NCBI GenBank assembly: GCA_040954595.2
Contig: CM082590.2
Coordinates: 4,526,001 to 4,590,000 of the forward strand
From: Balanoglossus misakiensis
Lineage: Eukaryota; Animalia; Hemichordata
Direction of reading: 5' to 3'
DNA length: 64,000 bases
The notes under the pieces were generated by a model, which saw nothing but the letters and a program-made list of their open reading frames with translations, had not been told where the DNA came from and ran no database searches. This document shows positions 13,101 through 25,100 of this stretch, piece by piece (the stretch's first letter is position 1; each line of letters opens with the position of its first letter). A program made the position numbers and the translations under genes.

Positions 13101-16100
13101 GGTCGCGCAAATAACTGTGAAAGTGGAGTTCACTAAACAAATTGAATTCGCCCTTCTAATAAACATAAGAACTTTGTTTGTTGAATTTATGTGACCAATC
13201 TGATTAAAATCAGACGTAGAGTTAGGCGTTGTCTTTACCTATGGTGATCATTTTGGCTGTTCTGTTCTCTGGCTTGGCGTTTCTCGGGTGGACGGCCCCT
13301 ATCCAAACAAAAAAGCCAATAATCAGCCATAATAAAGACACCGCCTAATTCTACATCCGATTTAATCAGATAGTTATGTGCCAATCTGAAACGGTCTCTA
13401 AGCTCACAATGGCACATAATGCATGGGGCAAATGCAATCGCTAGTTTCCTTCACAAATAAAGATTTCGTCCAAATGGCAACTCTTCAGCCTTCAATGACA
13501 CAGATTCCACATATTCTTTGCAATTGAGTGTTCGCAAATGAAACATTTCAGCCTGGCCTTGTCACGACTCTGATATTCTCCCTGTATTCCCCATAGACAA
13601 GCACTATGTCCTTACTCTGGCATTGTTCTATGTCCATCGAGGTACAGTAACACGTTCATCTCCACACATGTGTGTTTACTCAATCAAGTAATTTCTACAG
13701 CAAAGATATCCATCGAAGAGCCAGAGGAAATATATATTACAATCAATCAACAGCTGACCAACCTCAAAGATTCAAATCACGCCTGAAGAATACACTTGTA
13801 GTACAAACACCACAGACTAAAGAAATCTGCACTTTTTGTTTATAAGGGCAACCAATGGCACTCTTTTCCATGACCATATTCACCTGAATTCCGGATTGAC
13901 TTATGACGCGGGATTTTCAATCTCTATTGTGTCGCTTTTGGGGTTTCAATTATTTGTTAACACTTTTATTTTCTATGACATTTGCAAACATCGATCTGGA
14001 TTTGTCAACAACCGCGCCACAGACTGTTACTGATCACAATAAACGGATAATTGAACATTTCATCCAACACTATGTTCTTATTCGTTTCGGTTTCAAATTT
14101 CTCTTTCTAACCTCAAATTGCAATAAGAGAAACAAAGGAGGAAACAAGCTTTATTGTTTGACACATGTTTTCTATTTCAAATGCATTAGGCTGGTATATG
14201 AAACAGAACTCATCACTCGGCATGAACTGAAAGCAGCAAATGCTCCAGCAAAGCCAGAGTTATGACCGTATGTACATGTATACTCATACACATCTGAATG
14301 TCAATTTTGCATTGGCTTTATGGCTGCCAACCAGAAAGTTTGTTTCAAGGTTTTGACAAATATCTTTGGAGTAGGCAAGTGACAGGCGCGCATCAGGAAA
14401 CTAATTATGTCTTATGAAACGCAGGGATGGTGTGATTTTCACTATTACCTACACAGTCATAAATTGCGACAACATGTGGTGGGAAGCTATTTAAAATAAA
14501 ATTAGACATGACCACAGCAACACGTGGCAAAGGCAAGCCAAATTCTGACAAGAACATTGCAATTGTACTGTTGAACTTGAAGGGCTTCCCAACAGGCAGC
14601 AATCTGGACTTGTCAATTGAAGACATAGCTGTTCTGCGGGGGGAGAGATGCGGGGAATTAGTATATCCCCCCTTGGTGGAACAGCTGCATTTCCACACTC
14701 CATAACTCCGATTTTCAGAAATTTAATTCCACTTTCCTCGGAAAATTCGGAACGTGTTTTGCTTTCCAAAAATCTACGCTGGACGCTCATTTGTGTATTA
14801 CGCCCTTTACGGTAACAATAAACTTAATCCGGAAACGCCTACACTAGATGATTTCATGTCTTCGTACCAACACAGAGAAATAAACTGTCGGGTTTAATCC
14901 CCCTGAAATTTTTCCTTGCCTCAATGCAAAATACAGAATGATTTTTCAAGACATTGACCAACCGCGTTATGGCAAGTGTCCACGGCTATTTAGCCAACAT
15001 CGCGAAACTTTTTATAGGCTTATATTGAGCATTTGTGAACAGAGAAACAGTTAGGCGTAGGTCACACTATATAGGGCTCACTCGATATACTCATGTCATC
15101 AATGGCGCGATTCAAGCGCCTATACCACCTGTTGCAGTCATCTCTACAACAAGCTGACTGACTAAATACTTGGAATCGGACAACAGTGTGATAAGGTTTA
15201 TTAGCGGAATCTAACCGACGTGCCAAGCTCAATGCAATGAAGGGCCGGGTTAACGCAGATTTGAGTCTTAGCAAGGCTGGCTTCTCTAGCTTGAGTGGTC
15301 GTTGCATCGAGCGGTCTGCATGGATGATACACGTCCTCCTATACCAGCGCAATCCCCACTGCAGTCACCACGACCTACTAGGATGTTCAGTTGCTGTCAT
15401 GCCCAGTCTACGCTACAGTGGGCTTCTTTGTTCATTAAAAAAATATTTTTAAGAATAGAATTTCAGGGATTTGTGGGCAATTTTTTGCCAACAAACAATG
15501 CACAAAAGCGCAGCACGACGAGAGCTTCCGTTTGAAGTTTTATAACCAGTTCGTATAATTTAATGTGGGGTGGCAGGCTATATATTTATTGATCATTACT
15601 GGAATAGAGGATTTTCTTCATGCTGTTATCAGTAAGAGGGGCTCTCGTTTATTGGTCCTATATTATGATACACACTAATATTTACATATAAATCTGCTGA
15701 TCTTGATCTCACATTCAACAAAACAAACAAATTAATTTCTCTTTTTAAATCATGACAAACTGTGCTTTTAAAGAAAAAAAAACATTGAAATATTAATTTT
15801 TTTAAGAATCCATAATTAACAAAAGAGGCTGTCATTGGTAATATTATATTGTAACGTCTGGGTTGTTGGGAATAAGGCAGAGGGATAGACGTTAATTATT
15901 TATTTTTATTTACCTATGTTCAAAAATGTGTGTTATTAATAATAAAACATGTCAACTGATGTGTGAGTGTAGAATAGAATTAGTGTGATTACAGTAACTT
16001 ACAGTATCCTGCACATCAACGCTGGCATTGGATTGCAGTAGAAGTCTCACTATGTCACCATAGCCCCACCATGCTGCTCTGTGTAACGGTGCCTGACCAG

Positions 16101-19100
16101 TCTGTGGGAATACAACAAAAATGCGTCACTGAAAATCCCTGACTATATTCTTGAAATGGAACACGCAATGTTTCATTACGCATGTACTGTAGCACACATT
16201 CTGAACATTCATTAGTGAGATGGCACAACATGTTTTGCCGAAACTTTGTTTTTTGAGGTGGGGGGGATAAATTAATAGTAGGATACATCCCAGTCCCCCT
16301 ACGCAATGGACATGAATGCATGATGTGGTGTTAGGGCTCTGTCCTTTGAGGGTACATTAACATCACAGGTATTCTTTTACTTGAGATTGATGATATGCAC
16401 GTCTGTTATTTTCATTTGAAGATGCCCTCTGTACAATACCTCAAACTGACAATGATCTAAATATTATAAAAGCCTAGACAGCAGTTTCACTACCCCTTAA
16501 AAGAGCATTGGAATTAGCCAATCAAAGAACGCCAATTATGAATCAAAGGTAAGAAATATGCGGAACCACTATTGACATTCAAATGATTATGGTGGACTTC
16601 AGCCAGACAACTTTTTTTAGTCTCGCCAGCCAGACCCCTCTCTCTGTCATTCGACGGCATAGCCACACGAAGTGCGCCACGAGCGGTAAAGCCACAAGAA
16701 TCGAGCATCGGAGACAACGTCGCCGCTTGTGACGCACTTCGTGTGCCTGGCCGCGACTTCAACTGAAAGCGAGGTGATGACGGTTTATGAAAGAATCCCA
16801 CTTTGTAGATTTTCGGTTGAAAAGTCATCCCAAGTTTGGCGATTATTCCGTTGAAAAGTGACGCTTGTTGGTGGCACATACCCGTAAACCTTCCTATGGG
16901 AGTACCCCCCCCCCCCCCGCCTGTTGTGCAGGATACATGGCACTCCTACAATTTACAATTATATATTTTCAGAGCTTTATTTCGCTTCGCCGTTGTTACT
17001 GACAACTATTACACTACAGTTTGTTTAAATATAAAATAAATGTGTCATCGTGCATGTAGCAAAAGTTCATGGTTAGGTCCCTAACTTTCCGGTCAAAAGT
17101 TAACTATTGGTAGATAATTTATCGAAATATCTAATTACGAATTTCGATATGAACACCCTGATCCCAACCTCTCGAATTACTGGACATTTTAATAAAATAT
17201 TGCTTTATAGTGGTATGATATTCAAAAGTGAATTGGTTGGTCTCAAAAGAGATAAGAATTTAACTTGGCCACAGGTATAGCCACGGTCCAAAAACTCTCC
17301 CTCAAACTCTTTCATACTCTTCATAATCCTATTATGTGTGTCGGTTTATTGCAGTAACACTAGTTTCGTGATTGACATCCCGAAGGTCGTCAACACTACA
17401 AAATATAAGTACAGTGTCACCTTTTTGGCCGTTTGGGCTATTGGTGAGTGAGCATGTAAAGCCTCTTACCTTATCATTAGCATTGACGTCAGCTCCACGG
17501 TCGATCAACACTTGTGCCGCTTCCAGTTTATTGTTGTAGGCCGCTACATGCAAGGCAGTGTATCCAGACTGAAATTGACAAATTCATTTGAATTAAAATG
17601 AACACAAGGTATGTTCCAATGTTGAACTTGTAAGGTGACATGGCTATAATTTCACTGGAATCGATTTGTAAATGTAAGTGTTGACTGATATTATGAGTTA
17701 AATGTGTGTAGCATCTATACATGTAGTTGTTTCAGACCAAAACACTCTATTGTTTCAGAGAACATTTATAACATGTCCTATAGACTTTTCTAACAAGTGT
17801 AACACTATACAATTCTAATATAATGTAGCGCACTATACATGTTTATGCACACTCATAGGTGCAACAGGTCTTAATATTATTTCATAAATTACATTGATAT
17901 TTTCGAATTTTCAATCACACCAAGTACTCTAACAGATAAACATGGCGGATGTGATACACCCGACACATACAATCCCTCGTGTTTCTCTGTTGATGTAAGT
18001 TGAAGTCTGGCCCACTATGAACCCAACATTGGCATGGGACATCTTGAAATTTTCAATCTCACCAAGTACTCTAACAGATAAACATGGCAGACTTGATACA
18101 CCAGACACATACAATCCCTCGTGTTTCTCTGTTGATGTAAGTTGAAGTCTGGCCCGCTATGAACCCAACATTGGCATGGGACATCTTGAAATTTTCAATC
18201 TCACCAATTACTCTAACCGATAAACATGGTGGACGTGATACACCCGACACACACAATCCCGTTTCTCTGTTGATGTAAGTTAATATTTAGGTATAGCCTG
18301 CTATGAACCCAACGTTGGTACGTACGGTACATCAATGTTATAATTATTTAATGTTGCTAGGAAACATCAGAAAAAGAATTGTCTAAACCAGTCTGGACAT
18401 TTCTCTCAAATTTGTCTTTAAAAAAAACGTTTGCAGTATCCATTGTAGGGAACCAAAATCATCTATGTCTTTTTATTTCAATTTTAAACTCTAAACGTTC
18501 TGGTTCACTGAATTTAACAAAAAATAGCGTCAAGGACACTGTGGTCCCATTTGAGGATTATGCGGAAACAGTGACACACCAGAATAAAAATTACAGGTGA
18601 CATTGCAAGCAGATCTGTAAGCAGCAATAGCGGGCCCAAGCCAACATAGCACATAGCAACTAACATAGCAATAAGCATATCTGCTCTGGATGCCAAGATA
18701 TGGAAAAGTAGGTCAAAGGTCACCTGAGGTTATGCAAAAAATTTGGGCAAGAAATTTTGACCATATACTGGTCCATGTTCAACAAAAACCAAACCTATAG
18801 CCCTATTGGTTAGCCTGGAATTAGGTATGCACATAATTAATGAGATATGCAGGTGTCACAGATGACCCCAAATTTTGGCTTTTCAATTTTAGTCCCAACC
18901 CTCCAAACGCCAAGTCTGTACCTGCTCTGGATGCCAAGATATGATAAAGTAGGTCAAAGGTCACCTGAGGTCATGTAAAATTTGGGCAAGAAATTTTGAC
19001 CCTATACTGGTCCATGTTCAACAAAAACCAAACCTATAGCCCTTTTGGTTAGCCTGGAATTAGGTATGCACATAATTAATGAGATATGCAGGTGTCACAG

Positions 19101-22100
19101 GTGACCCCCAATTTTGGCTTTTCAATTTTAGTGCCAATCCTCCAAACGCCAAGTCTGTACCTGCTCTGGATGCCAAGATATGGTAAAGTAGGTCAAAGGT
19201 CACCTAAGGTCATGCAAAATTTGGGCAAGAAATTTTGACCCTATACTGGTCCATGTTCAACAAAAACCAAACCTACAGCCCTATTGGTTAGCCTGGAATT
19301 AGGTATGCACATAATTAATGAGATATGCAGGTGTCACAGGTGACCCCCAATTTTGGCTTTTCAATGTTAGTCCCAACCCTCCAAACGCCAAGTCTGTACC
19401 TGCTCTGGATGCCGAGATATAGGAAAGTAGGTCAAAGGTCACCTGAGGTCACCCAAAATTTGGGCAAGAAATTTTGACCCTATACTGGTCCATGTCCCAC
19501 AAGAACGAAACCTCTAGCCCTATTAGTTAGCCCAGAATTAGGTATGCACATAATTAATGTGTTAAGCAGGTGTTACAGGTGAGCCCAAAATTTTGCCTTT
19601 TATTTTGGCCCCATTGTGCTCACTGACCAATAGACAGTCACTGTACAGGACTATTGCACAGACCAGAATTCCACAATAAGACGTGGACATAGCTTAACCA
19701 TAGAGGTATAAGTAAAGGTATAAATTTAATAAAAAGACTAAAAAATTCATAAAAAATAAAACATCCACGATATCGACTTAACACTTACAGGTCGGTGTGA
19801 GGTTGACATATGGTACATGCATACCGATTTCCAAAGCAATCTGACCAGTAATTGTTGACTTACAGAGTTTTGATAAATTTCACATTTTACAAGCTAATTT
19901 GCATATTTTTGGGCCTGGCAACTTCGTTTGGACAAACTCCCAGCTACAGCCCAGCCTGCACCTACACACCAAATATTGAGGTGATACGCGCAGCGGTTTT
20001 CAAGTTTTTGATGTGGACGGACATACAGACATACATCCATACATACATCCATCCATCCATCCATACATACACACAGACGCAACCCATCCCATAAGGTCCC
20101 ATGGTATATAGGCCTATACCAATGGGACCTAAAAACATAAAATGAAAATCGTGCAAATAAGTGTGAAAGTGGAATTCACTAAACAAATTGAATTCGCCCT
20201 TCTAATAAACATAACAACTTTGTTTGTTGAATTTATGTGACCAATCTGATTAAAACCAGATGTAGAGTTAGGCGTTGTCTTTACATATGGTGATCGTTTT
20301 AGCCGTTCAGTTCTCTGACTTGGCCGTTCTCGGTTGGACGGTCCCTTTCCGAACAGAAAGGCCAAGAATCAGCGATAGTAAAGCCACCGCCTAACTCTAC
20401 ATCCTATTTTACCAGATAGTTTTGTGACAATATGAGACGGTCTCTAAGCTTACAATGGCACACAATGCATGTGGCACATGCAATCACTAGTTTCCTTCAC
20501 AAATAAAGATTTCGTCCAAATGGCAACTCTTCAGCCTGCAATGACACAGATTCCACATATTCTTTGAGTGTCCGCAAATGAAACATTTCAGCCTGGCCTT
20601 GTCACGACTCTGATATTCTCCCTGTATTCCCCATAGACAAGCACTATGTCCTTACTCTGGCATTGTTCTATGTCCACCGAGGAACAGTAACATGTTGATC
20701 TCCAATGATGTGTGTTTATTCACTCTAGTAATTCCTACAGCTAAGATATCCATCGAAGAGCCAGAGCAAATAAATATTACAATCAATCAAAAGCTGACCA
20801 ACCTCAAAGATTCAAATCACGCCTGAAGAATACACTTGTAGTACAAACACCACAGACTAAAGAAATCTGCACTTTTTGTTTATAAGGGCAACCAATGGCA
20901 CTCTTTTCCATGACCATATTCACCTGAATTCCGGATTGACTTATGACGCGGGATTTTCAATCTCTATTGTGTCGCTTTTGGGGTTTCAATTATTTGTTAA
21001 CACTTTTATTTTCTATGACATTTGCAAACATCGATCTGGATTTGTCAACAACCGCGCCACAGACTGTTACTGATCACAATATACGGATACATGGACATTT
21101 CATCCAACACTATGTTCTTATTCGTTTCAGCTTCAAATTTCTCTTTCTAACCTCAAATAGCTATCAGAGAAACAAAGGAGGAAACAAGCTTTATTTTCTG
21201 ACACAATTTTGCTATTTCAAATGCATTAAGCTGGTATATCAAACACAGGAAAGGTTTGTGTTCTTCAATAAAGTCAAGGTCAAATCATTTGCCGCTTCAG
21301 ATTCGATACCTGTGTGACTTGGTTGTACGTGTGAAATGTTGAGTGAGGCAGTGCAAATACTTACCCATCCTAGGTATTCACCCCTTGCATTGACATCGTA
21401 ACCATCAGTTATCAACGATTGAATCCTTGCAACATCACCATTCTCAGCGGCTTTAATGAGATCCTATAACATTCAGTGAAACATACAATTGTTATTTTTT
21501 AATTATTCCGTCAAATATAAAATTCTTCAGTATTTGAACTGATCTTCGATAATGAATAAACAAAATCACAAACACCAAGAAAGTGCACTGTTACATCACA
21601 TTGTATAAACATTTTGCATCGATGATATGGTAACCCTTACGAAAAAAAATAGTGTCAAGGACACTGTGGTCCCATTTGAGGATTATGCCGAAACAGTGAC
21701 ACACCAGAATAAAAATTACAGGCGACATTGCAAGCAGATATGATCGTAGGATATAGAAATATGGAATGTAACAAGATTAACAAGGAACATGCCCAATAAA
21801 CTGTCAAATTGCAAAGCAATCTGGCATGTGGTTTTAAAGAAAAAATATAGCTGCAAGCAGCAATAGCAGGCCCAAGCCAACATAGAACATAGCAACATAG
21901 CAAAAAGCATATCTGCTCTGGATGCCAAGATATGGAAAAGTAGGTCAAAGGTCACCTGAGGTCATGCAAAATTTGGGCAAGAAATTTTGACCCTATACTG
22001 GTCCATGTTCAACAAAAACCAAACCTATAGCTCTATTGGTTAGCCTGGAATTAGGTATGCACATAATTAATGAGATATGCAGGTGTCACAGGTGACCCAT

Positions 22101-25100
22101 AATTTGGCTTTATTATTTTAGTCCCAACCCTCCAAACGCCAAGTCTGTACCTGCTCTGGATGCCAAGATATGGTAAAGTAGGTCAAAGGTCACCTGAGGT
22201 CATGCAAAATTTGGGCAAGAAATTTTGACCCTATACTGGTCCATGTTCCATAAGAACGAAACCTCTAGCCCTATTAATTAGCCCGGAATTAGGTATGCAC
22301 ATAATTAATGTGTTAAGCAGGTGTTACAGGTGACCCATAATTTGGCTTTTCAATTTTAGTCCCAACCCTCCAAATGCCAAGTCTGTACTAGCTCTGGATG
22401 CTGAGATACAGGAAAGTAGGTCAAAGGTCACCTGAGGTCACCCAAAATTTGGGCAAGAAATTTTGACCCTATACTGGTCCATGTTCCACAAGAACGAAAC
22501 CTCTAGCCCTATTAGTTAGCCCGGAATTAGGTATGCACATAATTAATGAGATATGCAGGTGTTACAGGTGAGCCCAAAAATTCGCCTTTTATTTTGGCCG
22601 CATTGTGCTTACTTACCAATAGACAGTCACTGTACAGGACTATTGCACAGACCAGAATTCCACAATAAGACGTGGACATAGCTTAACCATAGAGGTATAC
22701 GTAAAGGTATAAATTTAATAAAAAGACTAAAAAATTCATAAAAAATAAAAAATCCATGATAGTAACTTAACACTTACAGGTCGATGTGAGGTTGACATAA
22801 GGTACATGCATACCAATTTTTAAAGCAATCGGACCAGTAGTTGTTGACTTTCAGAGTTTTGATAGATTTCACATTTTACAGGCTAATTTGCATATTTTTG
22901 GGCCTGGCAACTTCATTTGAACAAACTCCCATCTACAGCCCAGCCTGCACCTACACACCAAATATTGAGGTGATACGCACAGCGGTTTTCAAGTTTTTGA
23001 TGTGGACGGACATACATACATACATACATACATACATACAGACGCAACCGATCCCATAAGGTCCCATGGTATATATGCCTATACCAATGGGACCTAAAAA
23101 GGGCCTGCTGCAAACTCCTCCCGCAAATCTGCAGCAGGATTCTGCAAACTCACTGCTAACTGTTGCTGCAAAGTGGCAAACAGTCCTGATTTTACCATGC
23201 AAATTAGGGGACTTGCAAATTTGCTGCAAACTTCCAGCAACAAGATTTTGAATACTGCAGTGAGTTCACAGCAATTTGAATACTGCAGTGAGTTCACAGC
23301 AATCAAGATTGCCACCTTGGAAATTTGAACATTGCAGTGAGTTTGCAGCAAAGCCAATTAACTAGGGGTACCATTGAACCCCCCACCCCCACCCACCCTA
23401 CCCCCGCACACAAACACACTTTTTCTCTGCTTGAAAATAAATGAAGCAATATTAGATAAAAGGTTATTTTTACATCTTAAAAAACTCCCCACCTACACTA
23501 TTGACGAAGGTGGTGCTCATGATTTAAGATAGTTATTTTGTTTACAATTGCTTTAAGAATTTCCAAATAATGTTGATTTTGCAATGACAAAGCCTTTGCT
23601 TCAGACTCGGTGTACATTCCAGATGTAGCACGATTGAGAAATTGCAGTTTTTACCATGAAATATCGTACCTCTACGAAAAACAACTGTCAAATAAATTAT
23701 CATTGGCCATTCAATGCACATACAAAGACGATCAGCTTCTATATTTAAACACGTTCACTCATGATTTAAACACAAGAAATGGATGCTTAGACACATGGCG
23801 ATATCCTTGTAATAATGTCAGGACGTTTATTAATAAATCAATCCCGGTTAAGAATGCAAACATAGTTCATTTCGTTGCAATATCCAACAGTACAGACAAC
23901 AAGTAACAGTAAATTTGCCTGGTGTTTAAAACTAAATGCGAGATGGTCATGAACGGAACTGAACTGACTCGCCGGCGCCCATTACAGCAACAATGAACAG
24001 TATGCCGTATGGACGGACGCGACTGACAACATGCAGCAAAGTCTAGCTAAAAGATTTACCTATCTTTTAACGATCAACTCATCAAACGGCAGCATCGCTG
24101 ATGGTATAAAATCGCCCTTTCCGAATGGATGAGGATGATAAACATGTCTGACCAACACTGGGACCGCTTACAACAAGAAAACCGTTAAAATATGGCGGGT
24201 GTACCTCGCGCATGCGCACAATGCTATTTTCGTGTCATAACCGGAAATAGAGCTCAGAGCTATAACAGTGATCGACTGTGAGTTAGGATCGACTGACGAT
24301 ATTTATAGAAGAAAAATATTGAAGTAGGATTTGAGTAACCATGAAATATACTCATTTTTGGAAAAAAAAGTATGCTTTATTAAATGTAGGGATCTTGTAC
24401 ACTATACTTGACCTAGCCTGGCCCCGGACCAGTGTTTAGAATTTCTATATATCTAAAACACACTAGTCTAGAATCTATCCGTTCGTAGTCGCATTCACCC
24501 TACTACCGTCTAGGAACGCAGAACCAAAATCTAGTAAGGCCATAAAAATGGTAATTTGAATGTGAATAGTCTCCAACTGAGCAATCTGACGTCAAGCGTC
24601 ACCACGTGATCATGATTATGTATCATTCGGGGCGGAGCAACATTGTAAACATAATTAACATTCAACGTCATCACCTCATTAACATTGATAGCCAATCAGT
24701 AGTCGGTCAACGTAAGTGATTGACTTCTCTGCAGCAAGCTTGTACAAGGTTGTGACATCTTGGTGACTTTCGTAACTAATCCACAAGTTCAATTTGAATA
24801 GTTATAAATATCAAATAATTTGCTGGTCTATCCTGGAATCAGAGCCAAAAATCTAACCTGGTCAACATTTAATTTGTAAAAAACTACTATCCAATGTGCT
24901 TGTTTTGCTCACCCCTCATTGTCAGCAATGGTAGATCACATTTGCTGAATGTGTGGCTGGAGACCATAGGACAGTATAGCCATGTACCCGGTACTAACAC
25001 TGGGCCCAGACAATCTCTTTGTACAGTGTAGTTGTGACCTTTAACCTATAGATTGCTTGGAAATCACAAGCTCATTCTGACCATTAACAAGTTGCAGTGA

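Larger units (their letters stand above)
9281..14205. repeat. Tandem duplication unit 1 (contains ankyrin exons 5 and 6)
   Basis: Aligns with 14206-21248, including identical tracts (9706-9987 = 14640-14921; 13752-14041 = 20792-21081). Confidence 0.92.
14206..21248. repeat. Tandem duplication unit 2 (contains ankyrin exons 3 and 4, a HINE insertion and an expanded 142-bp repeat)
   Basis: Direct alignment by eye with 9281-14205. Confidence 0.92.

Noticed and set aside
13836-14265. Duplicated intronic ORFs (13836..14033 = 20876..21073; 9465..9856 vs 14405..14790; 10128 vs 15062)
   Set aside because: The identity reflects recent DNA duplication; indels between copies shift frames and no motifs are present.
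18681-19610. Regular ~240-bp repeats as a CRISPR-like array
   Set aside because: Whole units repeat with no unique spacers, they lie inside a HINE-like element, and the context is eukaryotic with no cas genes.
9281-21248. Tandem duplication as an assembly artefact (uncollapsed haplotypes)
   Set aside because: There is a distinct junction with microhomology, the copies have unit-specific insertions, and all exons stay in frame. A real duplication is more likely, although read support was not checked.
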